64,000 bases of DNA, from positions 69,960-133,959 of the forward strand of contig JAAXWF010000003.1 of the NCBI GenBank assembly GCA_013335095.1, in the 5' to 3' direction. Positions 19,055-29,462 of this stretch are shown here, piece after piece. Numbering within the stretch: the stretch's first letter is position 1; every line of letters starts with the position of its first letter. Below the pieces are notes generated by a model. That model was not told where the DNA came from, did no database searches, and saw only the letters and a list, made by a program, of their open reading frames with translations. The DNA comes from a candidate division WWE3 bacterium. GTDB taxonomy: Bacteria > Patescibacteriota > 4484-211 > GCA-002791395. Made by a program: the position numbers and the translations under genes.

Positions 19055-19287
19055 CAGGATAAGCGTAAATGTCCTAATAAGTGTTGCACCTTGAATTTAT
19101 CTCTCGAATGTATATTCGAGTTGTGACCCATCGGTGGAGGGCGGTGTCGGCCTGGTAAGAGTCGCTGTCCCTTACCTGAAGCTTGCTTCAGATAAAATGT
19201 GTACTCGAAGCGCTATAAAGAAATAGCCTGTGTATTCCTTTTGACCCCCTCTACCGTTGTGGCGCTAAAACTGGTACTATTTGTAAC

Positions 19288-20175
19288 GTGTCCAGTAGAC
19301 AGATGTCACCTACGCACATTCCAGTCATGCTTAACGAAGCAATTGATGCCCTCTCTATTGAGGATGGCCAGTGGTATATTGATGCCACCTTGGGTGGTGG
19401 CGGTCATGCCTCTGCAATCATTGCAGCCGGAGGAAATGTGTTGGGTATTGAACAAGACCACGCTTCGTTAACTCGAACATCTGCTCAACTGAGCGTTTTT
19501 AATGACCATTTCAAACCAGTATTGGGGCGATTCGGTTCAATAAAATCCCTTGCTACAGATAACGGTTTACAAAATGTATCAGGTATCCTAATGGATTTAG
19601 GATATTCCAGCGATCAACTCGATGATTCCTCTATCGGTATGTCATTTCAACAGGATGCATTACTTGATATGCGATTAAGCGGCGAACTTGGCGTAAGTGC
19701 GGCTGATTTGGTGAACGGATTAGTTTTATCTGAACTCGTTCATTTATTTCAGGAATACGGCGAAGTTGATCGAGCTCGGCGTATTGCTCTGGCTATTGTC
19801 GAATATCGTAAGATCCAACCGATTAAAACGACTGGTCAATTACGAAAAATAATTGAGGATGTGTATGGTGGCCATTGGGCCGATCGAATCCATCCGGCGA
19901 CAAAGGTTTTTCAAGCATTACGAATAGCCGTTAACGATGAACTCGGTCAACTCGAAAAAGGATTAATACAATCGGTCGAATTATTAAACGAACAAGGTCG
20001 ACTTGTTGTTATTGGATTCCATTCACTCGAGGACCGAATGGTGAAGCGCTTTATGCTGAATAATCATGAGCTTACACCGGTCAAGCCATTTCCGATGATG
20101 CCAAGCGAAGATGAAATAGCACGAAATAGTCGATCAAGATCAGCCAAAATGCGAGTAGCAATTAAACAAACTTAA
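19288..20175 (+). CDS. rsmH: 16S rRNA C1402 N4-methyltransferase
   Basis: HIPVM, DATLGGGGH, DLGYSS.Q, LDMR, HPATKVFQALRIAVN, FHSLEDR, RSRSAK. Confidence 0.97.
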   Translation: MSSRQMSPTHIPVMLNEAIDALSIEDGQWYIDATLGGGGHASAIIAAGGNVLGIEQDHASLTRTSAQLSVFNDHFKPVLGRFGSIKSLATDNGLQNVSGILMDLGYSSDQLDDSSIGMSFQQDALLDMRLSGELGVSAADLVNGLVLSELVHLFQEYGEVDRARRIALAIVEYRKIQPIKTTGQLRKIIEDVYGGHWADRIHPATKVFQALRIAVNDELGQLEKGLIQSVELLNEQGRLVVIGFHSLEDRMVKRFMLNNHELTPVKPFPMMPSEDEIARNSRSRSAKMRVAIKQT

Positions 20176-20189
20176 GACCAAAAAATATT

Positions 20190-20534
20190 ATGACAACTGC
20201 CCGACGTCGTAAAACACAACAACAAATTGTTAGTCGATCTCCAAAAGCAACTATGATGTGGTGGGCTGCACTTATTGGTGCTGGTTCTCTTTTTGCAATT
20301 CAAGTCACGCTTTCGGCACGAGTGGCAACTAACGGTGAAGAAATAAAAGAGTTACAGACAAAACAGACTACTTACGAGACCGAGAATAGAGAATTACGAC
20401 GAGAAATTGCTCTATTGGGGTCAATGATTCGTGTTGAAAATGTCGCAGTCAATGACCTCCATATGGTGAAAGCATATAACAACGTTCTGTACCTTCCAGC
20501 CGATCCATCAGGACCCATTGCTAGTAATCAATGA
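20190..20534 (+). CDS. ftsL: Cell division protein FtsL-like
   Basis: Basic N-terminus, one TM, coiled coil; located between rsmH and ftsI. Confidence 0.7.
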   Translation: MTTARRRKTQQQIVSRSPKATMMWWAALIGAGSLFAIQVTLSARVATNGEEIKELQTKQTTYETENRELRREIALLGSMIRVENVAVNDLHMVKAYNNVLYLPADPSGPIASNQ

Positions 20535-20542
20535 TCTAATTT

Positions 20543-22504
20543 ATGGCCGGAAGATTTCATTTTATACGATTTTTAATTTGGTGTGTATTTGGCGTGATCT
20601 TTGTCCGTTTATTTGTGATTATGATTGTTCAACATAATCATTATAAAGTGTTGGCATATCGTCAGCATGTTGTTGAGACTAAGCTATCGGCAAACCGCGG
20701 CGAAATCTTTACGAGTGATGGATATCCTTTAGTCGTTAATACCGATGCCTATTTAATGTTTGCTGTTCCTTCAGAAAACTTCGACAAAAATGCTTTAGTT
20801 CAATCAGTTGCCTCTGAGATCGTAAAGCGCGTTGATCTAATTGCGCTTGATCCGGAACTTGAAGATCGGTATAAAAAAATCGAACGCAGAATTAATCCTA
20901 ATTCAACTCCGACGCCAAGTCCTTCGCCTTCGGTATCGACTACCGACCCGAATCAACTACTACCTGTTTACCGCAACTTAACCCTTCCGGTGACGCTTCA
21001 TTATTTGCGATACTTGTACATCCCTTACGAAAATGAACCGGATTGGAAGCAGATGTTAAGAACTGATTTAGAATATGTCTTACCAAAATTGTTAAGTGAT
21101 GACAAAAATTACTTCGTGCAGTTAATCAACCAACTCGATTATGACGACGAAGAAGCGTTAGAAAAGAATGATTGGAAAGGTATTCATTTTACCCCCCAAA
21201 ATAAGCGTACGTATCCAGAGAAGGATATGGCCGCACATCTTCTTGGCATTGTTGGTAAAGATGAAAAGGGTGAAGACAAAGGATACTTCGGTTTGGAGGG
21301 ATATTATAATGGCGACTTGTCTGGACAATCAGGGTATGCCGTTACCGAACAAGATATCGAAGGTAAGATGATTCCAATTGGACTGCAGATGACTAATAAA
21401 CCTTTACATGGACGTGATCTTATTTTAACGATAGATCGAGAATTACAGTACATGCTTGAAAAAAAGATCAGTGAGAGTGTGAAGAAATTTGGAGCAAAGA
21501 ATGGAACAGGAATTATTCTGGATCCCCATTCCGGAGCCATTCTAGCGATGGCTAATGCGCCATCTTATAATCCCGAGTATTGGACTGAGGAACTGTGGGG
21601 CGAAGGGGACGTCAGTAAAGTGGATGTTTTCCGCAACTATGCAATTGCCGCAAACTATGAACCAGGATCAATTATGAAACCAGTTACGATGTCTATGGCT
21701 CTTAATGAATCTTTAGTTACTCCGTTAACAATCTTTCATGATACAGGCCCCGTTACGTACAGTGGGTACCAAGTTCGTACCTGGAATAATAAATATTCTG
21801 GCGATATTTCGATGATGCAGATTTTGCAGTTATCGAACAATACAGGTGCAGCATGGGTCGGGCATCAGGTCGGATTCAATCGATTTGCGGATTATTTAAC
21901 TAAGTTCAACCTGGGGCAGTCTACCGGGATCGATTTACAAGGAGAAGAATCTGGAATAGTCCGCGATGCCCGTGAGTGGCGTGATATCGATTTAGCGAAT
22001 ATGTCGTTTGGTCAGGGTATTTCGGTCACGCCAATTCAAATGACCGCAATCTTTGGGGCGCTCGTTAATGGAGGTATTTTATATCAGCCATATGTTGTTA
22101 AAGAATTAGTCGATCATCTACCGGATGGCGATAAAGTGATTAAAAAAGATCCGGCGGTATTAGGACGTACCATTTCACCGGAAACTTCGGAAAAAATACG
22201 GTACATGTTACGCTCGGTTGTTACTGATGGAGAATTCAAATGGTTCGTACAGAAGGCGGGTATGGATCACTATAGTATTGGTGGCAAAACCGGAACTGCC
22301 CAGATTCCTGTAAACGGACAGTATGACCCAAACAAAACGAATACCACCTTTGTCGGCTTCTCATCTGTTGATGATCCAAAATTTGTGATGTTAATTCGAT
22401 TTAGTCAACCTTCCAGCTCAACATATTCGGCTGATACCGCGGTACCCGCATGGATGGAGGCCGCGAAGGAATTGATGGTACGATTCCAGATTCAGCCAGA
22501 ATAA
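20543..22504 (+). CDS. ftsI: Class B penicillin-binding protein (FtsI-like)
   Basis: RGEI, RTYP, GLEGYY, LTID, YEPGSIMK (SxxK), SNN, KTGTAQ. Confidence 0.93.
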   Translation: MAGRFHFIRFLIWCVFGVIFVRLFVIMIVQHNHYKVLAYRQHVVETKLSANRGEIFTSDGYPLVVNTDAYLMFAVPSENFDKNALVQSVASEIVKRVDLIALDPELEDRYKKIERRINPNSTPTPSPSPSVSTTDPNQLLPVYRNLTLPVTLHYLRYLYIPYENEPDWKQMLRTDLEYVLPKLLSDDKNYFVQLINQLDYDDEEALEKNDWKGIHFTPQNKRTYPEKDMAAHLLGIVGKDEKGEDKGYFGLEGYYNGDLSGQSGYAVTEQDIEGKMIPIGLQMTNKPLHGRDLILTIDRELQYMLEKKISESVKKFGAKNGTGIILDPHSGAILAMANAPSYNPEYWTEELWGEGDVSKVDVFRNYAIAANYEPGSIMKPVTMSMALNESLVTPLTIFHDTGPVTYSGYQVRTWNNKYSGDISMMQILQLSNNTGAAWVGHQVGFNRFADYLTKFNLGQSTGIDLQGEESGIVRDAREWRDIDLANMSFGQGISVTPIQMTAIFGALVNGGILYQPYVVKELVDHLPDGDKVIKKDPAVLGRTISPETSEKIRYMLRSVVTDGEFKWFVQKAGMDHYSIGGKTGTAQIPVNGQYDPNKTNTTFVGFSSVDDPKFVMLIRFSQPSSSTYSADTAVPAWMEAAKELMVRFQIQPE

Positions 22505-22543
22505 TGGTAAAATATCCGGTCAGAGTATAATTTTTAATATAAT

Positions 22544-23887
22544 ATGGGCATTCTATTTGATGGAAAAAAACGACCACTTAGGGGAATCTATCACGTATCT
22601 CCGGCGCAAGAGTTGTCGAAAAAAATGATGCTAACCAGCCTTCTTTCAGGCAAGGAAAGTATCGTACATAATATCGTTAGCTCTACGAGCTTAAATCAAG
22701 TGATTGAAGTGGTGGAGTTTCTTGGGGCTCAAACTCACTGGGTAAATAATACCTCCATTGCAATAAAGTCTGATACGGTTGGTTCAATCGCACTACCCAA
22801 AGGGATGCTGAATAATCTCCCATTATATTGGTTTGCATTTGCCGTTGTATTAGCCAAGAACGGTAAGGCGGCAATTCCTTTTGAAAACTTTATTGATACT
22901 CATGGTGAGCTGTCCCAGCGAATTTTTACCTTGTTCAATGACCTCGGAGTTGAATTGATTCAGGAGAAAGGTTATTTGATTGGAACCCTGCCAAAAGACT
23001 GGTATGAAGATCGTCCTGTTGTAATGAACTTACCGTACTCATATAAAGAAGAGACTGAAGTTGCGATTTTATTGTCGGTGCTTAGACATAATGTTCATAC
23101 AACGATTCGGAACGTATCAAATGAATTAACGATTGATGTGTTGATTCGGTTTTTGTCTATCGGGGGAGCGGTTATTAGTCGGCCTGACCCTCACACTATA
23201 GTCATTGAGGGGTCAGAACAGCTTGATGCAATGGAGGATTCGGTTCAATCTGATATTACCGAGGCGGGACTTATTGCTTTATGTACTGCTGCTACTGGGG
23301 GAGAGGTTGAGATTCGCAACGTTGAAAAAGAGGGATTACTGCCGCTCATGACTAAGCTAGATCAGATTGGCATTGGATATCGATTTGATGGGGATATTCT
23401 TCGCGTCTGGGCAGAGCAAAATGATCCATTTAATCCTATCGAAATCCGCACTGGTTTATACCCCAGGTTCTCAACCCGTTGGTTAGCACCAATCAGCATA
23501 CTGTTATCTCAATGCAATGGAGAGTCTCGAATTATTGAAACGGTCGACAGTCGTGGTCTTACATTTCTAGATATATTACAGAAAGCTGGTGCCGTATTCT
23601 CGGTGTTCGTGCCTGAAGATTTCGATTATTTGTCTGATTTTGCTTATGATAGTTCAATTTTAAATGGTGAGTACCCTTCATTTGCTGCTAAGATTTTTGG
23701 TCCTACCAAACTAACCTCTCCTTCAGTCATTGATCCTGAAAATACTGCACAGTCTTTGGTCGGATTATTCCTAGGGTTAATGGCCGAGACTCCGGTATCT
23801 ATGTCTAATGCGGAGATTTTAACTGAGGAGTATCCACGAATGATTAGCCAACTTATTGATCTTGGCGCAGGAATAAAATACAGTTGA
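22544..23887 (+). CDS. MurA/EPSP-synthase-fold protein, strongly degenerate
   Basis: Overall alignment to MurA layout (G...LRG, GA.I, I.I.G...L, D..EA, TG.YP.F.T) but catalytic motifs missing. Confidence 0.65.
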   Translation: MGILFDGKKRPLRGIYHVSPAQELSKKMMLTSLLSGKESIVHNIVSSTSLNQVIEVVEFLGAQTHWVNNTSIAIKSDTVGSIALPKGMLNNLPLYWFAFAVVLAKNGKAAIPFENFIDTHGELSQRIFTLFNDLGVELIQEKGYLIGTLPKDWYEDRPVVMNLPYSYKEETEVAILLSVLRHNVHTTIRNVSNELTIDVLIRFLSIGGAVISRPDPHTIVIEGSEQLDAMEDSVQSDITEAGLIALCTAATGGEVEIRNVEKEGLLPLMTKLDQIGIGYRFDGDILRVWAEQNDPFNPIEIRTGLYPRFSTRWLAPISILLSQCNGESRIIETVDSRGLTFLDILQKAGAVFSVFVPEDFDYLSDFAYDSSILNGEYPSFAAKIFGPTKLTSPSVIDPENTAQSLVGLFLGLMAETPVSMSNAEILTEEYPRMISQLIDLGAGIKYS

Positions 23888-23891
23888 CACT

Positions 23892-24911
23892 ATGACCTTT
23901 CAAACTATTTCTGATAAGGATATTTGGGATAATTATTTTGACTCTTATAGACCATCTTCAATGTTGCAGTCATGGGCATGGGGTGAATTTCATCAGAATC
24001 AGCACCACCGTGTTTTTCGTATTGGTGAGTTCGATCAGGATTCATTAATTGGTGCGGCTATTATTGTTGAGGTGAGAGCAAAGCGTGGATCATATATTAC
24101 TTGTCAGGGGGGGCCAATGATCGATTGGGATGACCTTGGCCAACGGAATCGATGGATGAATTATCTTGCTGAATTGGCCAAAACTCAACGTGTCGATTTC
24201 GTTCGATTGCAAGTACCGCTAGAACACAATCAAGAAAACATACAGTCCTTTTTTCGCCATGGATATCGTCTCGCACCGATGTACATGCCTGCAGAACACA
24301 CGTTATTACTTGATTTAACAAAATCTGAAGATGAGTTATTAGCAGGGATGCGAAAACAGACCAGGTATTATATTCGTCGAGCCGAAAAGGATGGAGTCGT
24401 CGTACATGTTTCCCATGAGACTAAGGATTTAAAGATTCTTTATGAACTTTATCAAGAAACAGTTAAGCGTCAGCATTTTATTCCTTATTCTGAAAAGTAT
24501 TTTAATGATGAAGTCTCGGCTTTTGCTCAGGATAATCAGGTCGAAGTATTTTTAGGCTATGATCGGGATATTGTGCGATCCGCGGCTATGATTATTTACG
24601 CAGGCGATACCGCGTACTATCATCACGGCGCATCCAAACGGATGGAGCATGAAGAAAGCTTTGCGAGTTATCTTGTTCAATGGCAAGCAATTCGGAGGGC
24701 AAAAGAAAAAGGAATGAAGTTATACGATTTTTGGGGTGTGGCTCCTACCGATGATGGAAATCATGCAAAGTCAGGTCTGACTACATTTAAGCGTGGATTT
24801 GGCGGTACGAGGGTACATAGATTACATACAATTGATCTGCCTATTTCTTGGAAATATTGGCCAATGTGGTTATACAGTAAGGTCGAACGGTATAAACGAG
24901 GTTGGGTTTAG
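23892..24911 (+). CDS. FemABX-family peptidoglycan aminoacyl transferase
   Basis: LQSWAWGEF, GP..D, T.LLDL..SEDELL..M....RY.IR.AEK.GV, YDFWG, GL..FKRGFGG. Confidence 0.9.
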   Translation: MTFQTISDKDIWDNYFDSYRPSSMLQSWAWGEFHQNQHHRVFRIGEFDQDSLIGAAIIVEVRAKRGSYITCQGGPMIDWDDLGQRNRWMNYLAELAKTQRVDFVRLQVPLEHNQENIQSFFRHGYRLAPMYMPAEHTLLLDLTKSEDELLAGMRKQTRYYIRRAEKDGVVVHVSHETKDLKILYELYQETVKRQHFIPYSEKYFNDEVSAFAQDNQVEVFLGYDRDIVRSAAMIIYAGDTAYYHHGASKRMEHEESFASYLVQWQAIRRAKEKGMKLYDFWGVAPTDDGNHAKSGLTTFKRGFGGTRVHRLHTIDLPISWKYWPMWLYSKVERYKRGWV

Positions 24912-24959
24912 GTTTTACATATTATTGACACATAGTTTGTGATTTGTTAAATAGGAAGT

Positions 24960-25040
24960 ATGCAAAATGCATTCAATGTAAAAACGAAATCTATTATTGC
25001 TCTCCACATTATGTGTGGTTGCCTACTCGTAGGCAACTAG
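24960..25040 (+). CDS. Putative 26-aa leader peptide MQNAFNVKTKSIIALHIMCGCLLVGN
   Basis: Starts just after TTGACA(24925)-N17-TAAAT; overlaps the attenuator stems. Confidence 0.6.
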   Translation: MQNAFNVKTKSIIALHIMCGCLLVGN

Positions 25041-25110
25041 TACATAGGGAGGGACCAATAATGGTCACCGTCACAAGACGTAAACCCTCCCACCGGGAGG
25101 GTTTTTTCGT
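25000..25110 (+). promoter_or_regulatory. Transcription attenuator (1:2, 2:3 antiterminator, 3:4 terminator)
   Basis: GGGAGGG 25047-53 can pair with CTCTCC 25000-05 or CCCTCCC 25085-91; terminator CCCTCCC-acc-GGGAGGG-TTTTTT. Confidence 0.75.
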
Positions 25111-25243
25111 TTTGGCACATTAATAAAATTTAATAGTTTGTGGGAATAACTGCATTTAAAATGAGTGCATTTATTTCCCCAAACTATTTCAATGGTGCTG
25201 GGGGCACAGGTTTTGCCCGTGCTAATGAAGCAGGAGGTCTCTA

Positions 25244-27076
25244 ATGGATCCGGTTCACATCGAACGTTTGTTCGAACCTTACCGACTTCAGGGAGGATTG
25301 ATCGATCGGTCTCGACTCACGTGCTTGACGTATGTAATTACCACAAGCTCGTTAAGCCTTTCCGGTTTTGATCAAATGCTTCTAATTGCTGCAACTGGAG
25401 CTACCTCAATCGTAAAGTATCCATCTGATTTGGCATACTTTATTCGCCGAACCAACGAAGCGTTAGCAAATAGTACGCTTCATGTACCTAGGGAGATTGC
25501 GATCGACGGGATCACCTCGATCGAGCAACTCTATGCACTGGTCGGGGATGATTGGCGGGTTGAGTTACTCAATGACAAGCGTGCTGCGGAAGCGCGACTA
25601 ATGCGAAAGCATGTTGTCATACATGAGGCAACTGCTTTAGGTTCTTTCTATGAGGTCCAGACCAACAAAACCGCAATACTGCGGGTCTTGGTGTATGACC
25701 AAGACATGACCTCATTGATGCAAACAGCCCACGCGATTTCTCGTGCGCTTGGGATTGGTGTTAATGAATTAGTTTTCATCTCGTCATCGGGTGAAGTTTT
25801 ATACCCGCCTGACCGGCCTGCGGTGATGACGCGGAGTGTCCATGAGGGAATAAAGCACATTCGCCTTATTCCTCGGACTCTGCCACTCTCTGAGGATGTG
25901 CTTCAAGTGTGTGCTCGACGGGCAGTATCTGGAAAATATAGTCAGATCAAGCCTCTTTCTGTAGGTGAGAAGAGTGGTCGGATTCCGTCGACTCTTCCGG
26001 AGGCTGTTATCGCTCGAACTATCCAGGATGTTACGAATCGGGGTTTAAACCGGGTCGTTTCATCGCTTACTGGAATTACCGATACGCCGCTTATATATGA
26101 GGCGACCGATGTCGGTGGCAATTGCATGGAATTATTCCAGCTTATGGTCGCATGTCTGCGAACTGGGTTGCCTGGCGTATTTAGTATCGAGCATCGTGCC
26201 CACAACATCGGCGACTACTTTGAGCGTGTGCTCGGTCCATCTCTTGCTCTTATCGGTAATATGACGACGTTGTTGCCCGAGCTACATCAACAACGTGCCG
26301 ATCATATGACCGGAGCGGATTTATTTGCGACACTCAACGTACAACTGACCCCACCGCTCGCTGCTCTATCTCATTTGCCGGTCGGTAATTTTTACCGAGC
26401 GGTGCATGAATACCTTGTTCGGCGGGTATGCCAGATCCTTCGGCTCGCCGTTCGAGTTGCTGTTGTCGATGCGGAAACACTTTTTAGTGAAGCTACGCCG
26501 CTACTAACCTTGGGGGAGGCGGTAGATTTGATTCGAAGCGAGCTCGATGAACGAGTTATTGCCAATGTCTATGAGCATGGCCGACAACGTCAGATTTATA
26601 CATCTGATATAGATCGATCCAGGCAGTGGGAGCGCGTGTGTACCTTTTTGCAGGGCACTCAGGCGTGGCCTGGTGGGGCGTTAACGTATCTACTTCTTGC
26701 CGCATTATCGCACCATGGGCCGACCATCTTAAATTTGAAAGATAGTCGGCTTGGAGATGTGGCTAGAGCGTCGTTGACTTCCATTCATCTTATGGGCGGA
26801 GTTAATCATGCTCAGATAGCGGTCTCGGGAGTAACCAGGTGCTATCCGATTGGACGAGAAGCTCATACCGGGGATAATGTCGATCCGGTTATTTTTGCCA
26901 TGATGCTTGATCAGTATCCGACTGAAATGGCGGAATTGATCAGATCGATGATGGCTAGCTGGATTTTCCCGGTAACTCCGGAAAATGCTGGTCTCGTTCA
27001 GGTCTTTTGGTTAGGGAGCAGAGGGCGATGGTTCTCCACCCGATACCTTGATTCGGCTGGTGGTCAGCGTCCATGA
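25244..27076 (+). CDS. Hypothetical 610-aa protein; N-terminus weakly CYTH-like
   Basis: SD AGGAGG; long ORF; KR..........VVIHE...LGSFYEV resembles the CYTH C-terminal motif. Confidence 0.6.
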   Translation: MDPVHIERLFEPYRLQGGLIDRSRLTCLTYVITTSSLSLSGFDQMLLIAATGATSIVKYPSDLAYFIRRTNEALANSTLHVPREIAIDGITSIEQLYALVGDDWRVELLNDKRAAEARLMRKHVVIHEATALGSFYEVQTNKTAILRVLVYDQDMTSLMQTAHAISRALGIGVNELVFISSSGEVLYPPDRPAVMTRSVHEGIKHIRLIPRTLPLSEDVLQVCARRAVSGKYSQIKPLSVGEKSGRIPSTLPEAVIARTIQDVTNRGLNRVVSSLTGITDTPLIYEATDVGGNCMELFQLMVACLRTGLPGVFSIEHRAHNIGDYFERVLGPSLALIGNMTTLLPELHQQRADHMTGADLFATLNVQLTPPLAALSHLPVGNFYRAVHEYLVRRVCQILRLAVRVAVVDAETLFSEATPLLTLGEAVDLIRSELDERVIANVYEHGRQRQIYTSDIDRSRQWERVCTFLQGTQAWPGGALTYLLLAALSHHGPTILNLKDSRLGDVARASLTSIHLMGGVNHAQIAVSGVTRCYPIGREAHTGDNVDPVIFAMMLDQYPTEMAELIRSMMASWIFPVTPENAGLVQVFWLGSRGRWFSTRYLDSAGGQRP

Positions 27077-27125
27077 AATCGTGCAGGTTGCTCTTTATGA
27101 GCTGCCTGCATATGTACAAATTCTT

Positions 27126-27863
27126 ATGAATACTAAAGAACAAAAACAAATAAATACAATGGGTCACAAGCAGCATAAAAGTGTTTTAGTTGTGACGGCC
27201 CATGCTGATGATCATATTGCGAGCGCTGGAACAATCTTCAAACTAAAGGATCAGGGCTACGAAGTGTATGAACTTATTATGACAGATTCGAGTGAAGGAC
27301 GTGATTATCGTCACTTAAATGGATCATATGATGTTAGTCAAATGCGCGAAGATGAGTTTAGTGATGCTTCGTTGTTTCTTGGTACAAAAGAAATATACCG
27401 ATTAGGTCAGGAAGATCTGAATTTGCGATATTCAAAACAACTCGTATTCCAAACCGCTCATATAATTCGTCAGATCCGTCCGACAGTTGGTATCATCATG
27501 AATAATTTTGATTGGCACTCGGATCATATTGCTTCATATCGTATCGCTTCAACGGCGTTTAAAATCGCCGCAACTGGTATTAGGCCGGAATTGGGGGATC
27601 ATCATCGTACTCCAATGGTTTTGGCTGTCGAGGGAATGATCCCAATTAAACCTTCAATACTTGTTGATATCACAAATTACTATGATAAAAAAATAGAGTT
27701 ATTTAAAATTTATGAGTCACAAGCTTCATCAAAATCGTTAGGATTTCATGAGGGTTTAGCAAAAGTTCGTGGCTATCACGTTCGTCGCAATGGTAGCTTG
27801 CTTGCAGAAGCATTCTCTACCGATCCAACATCTCCAATTATTCTTTTCGATGAAGAACTATGA
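27126..27863 (+). CDS. PIG-L/LmbE-family deacetylase
   Basis: VLVVTAHADD, R..E...A...LG, HSDH, K.ELF..YESQ, AEAF; start uncertain (27126 or 27159). Confidence 0.9.
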   Translation: MNTKEQKQINTMGHKQHKSVLVVTAHADDHIASAGTIFKLKDQGYEVYELIMTDSSEGRDYRHLNGSYDVSQMREDEFSDASLFLGTKEIYRLGQEDLNLRYSKQLVFQTAHIIRQIRPTVGIIMNNFDWHSDHIASYRIASTAFKIAATGIRPELGDHHRTPMVLAVEGMIPIKPSILVDITNYYDKKIELFKIYESQASSKSLGFHEGLAKVRGYHVRRNGSLLAEAFSTDPTSPIILFDEEL

Positions 27864-28750
27864 ACACTGTTTCTCCAACCATCAACACTAATATTCCCGT
27901 ATTAGGGGATCCTACGAATCGTAAAATTGTTAACCTAACTGATGGTGATTCAAACCAAGTCTACCGAGTTAATGGACGATACATATATAAAGAATACTTT
28001 TCTTCGGAACAACTTAATTACGAGACGACGGGGTGCTTAGTGTTTAATCTCCTTTCATCGTATGGTATTCCAATGCTTCTTGATAAAGGGCCAAACTATT
28101 TGGTAACGGAGTATATCGATTCTACATCATGCTTGATGCTGTACCGCCAGGGACAACTAAGTAAGACTGAAATTGGTCGGAAGGCAAGTACTTTTTTATC
28201 CGAAGTCTATTGGAATTACCGTTACTTTAATCGCAGTAAGGTTGCGCTTTTTCAAAATATTGCCTGGAAAGATCGATTTATTGCAATCTTGAATTACACT
28301 CAAGCTCACTATCAAGATTGGAATATTCATCTAGATGCGGGGGATCTTCGTCAGATTGGAGACATACTGACTCGGCTGAGTTGTATATACATACCACCAC
28401 AATCGCTAACTTTTCTGCATCGGGATTTGCACCTTGATAATGTCCTCATACAAGAAAAAAAGTCCGGACGTGATTCTAACTTTTTCATTGATTTTGAGCA
28501 CTGCATGGAGGGACCAATTGAGTTTGAGTTGCAGAATTCAATCTTCTGGGATGATGAGTGGTCATTGCCGGTCAACTTTGTCCGCGACGAATTGATAAAA
28601 GTACATGATATCCCATATTCTATTGAATTAGAAAAACAGCTCCTCGGTCTGTATTATGTAGATCAACTTAATTTAGCTTATTCAAAACTTGACTATACAA
28701 AGATGAACATTCTTGCGGATCGATTTCGATCTTTTTATGCACCGAGCTAG
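27860..28750 (+). CDS. Aminoglycoside phosphotransferase/choline kinase-family protein
   Basis: G.SN.VY, YIYK, LVTEYI, LHRDLHLDNVL, IDFE. Confidence 0.85.
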   Translation: MNTVSPTINTNIPVLGDPTNRKIVNLTDGDSNQVYRVNGRYIYKEYFSSEQLNYETTGCLVFNLLSSYGIPMLLDKGPNYLVTEYIDSTSCLMLYRQGQLSKTEIGRKASTFLSEVYWNYRYFNRSKVALFQNIAWKDRFIAILNYTQAHYQDWNIHLDAGDLRQIGDILTRLSCIYIPPQSLTFLHRDLHLDNVLIQEKKSGRDSNFFIDFEHCMEGPIEFELQNSIFWDDEWSLPVNFVRDELIKVHDIPYSIELEKQLLGLYYVDQLNLAYSKLDYTKMNILADRFRSFYAPS

Positions 28751-28826
28751 TTGATTATTGCAATTTATGTTGCAATTATATCCTATAATGTAAGAGTCTC
28801 TAAGTTCAGGTAGGAAAGGAGGAGCG

Positions 28827-29453
28827 ATGCCGTTAGTGTATCGCGAGGAATGCTGGACCCTTAAGGGTGATACAGGTACGGCTAATACGCCGGACCTGTT
28901 TATCACTAGAAGGATTCCAGTCGGATCAGCCGAGGTGAGCCTTTCTCGGCTCGTCGTTCAACGAATCGAGCGGGAGGTGACAATCGTCGTTGTCCACTTT
29001 CGCCTTGATTACGCTGATGAAAGCCCGGTTCTGATCCAACAGGAGCCAGTCAGGTTTTTTTGCGACTGGCTGCAGGTTCAATGGACCCCGATCTTGGGGC
29101 GGATCAACACGGGATACTATGACCTCAGTGGTCCTAGTACACAGAAGCTAAACAGCTACACACCCAAACGTGCCGCTGATGTCAACCAGGTAACCAAACT
29201 GGATGACGTGCTTCTGTTTGGCGATCCGCTGCAGGTGGCCGTCCGCGCTCAGGGGTTTGGTGTTCCGGTGAAGGAATACCTGCGCCGGCTGCGTAACGAA
29301 CCCCGTCGACTGCTGGTGGCCGCGATGACCAGCAAGATCGACACGCTCCTGCAGACATTGGTGGTACCATGGCGGTTACCATCGACGTGGATTGGAACAG
29401 ACGAGCTTGATCCGTTCGAAGGATCGCTTAAAGCTCGTTTTCGCTGGCGGTAG
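28827..29453 (+). CDS. Hypothetical protein
   Basis: SD AAGGAGGAG, upstream TATAAT, downstream terminator, GC-rich. Confidence 0.65.
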   Translation: MPLVYREECWTLKGDTGTANTPDLFITRRIPVGSAEVSLSRLVVQRIEREVTIVVVHFRLDYADESPVLIQQEPVRFFCDWLQVQWTPILGRINTGYYDLSGPSTQKLNSYTPKRAADVNQVTKLDDVLLFGDPLQVAVRAQGFGVPVKEYLRRLRNEPRRLLVAAMTSKIDTLLQTLVVPWRLPSTWIGTDELDPFEGSLKARFRWR

Positions 29454-29462
29454 GTAAGTCCT

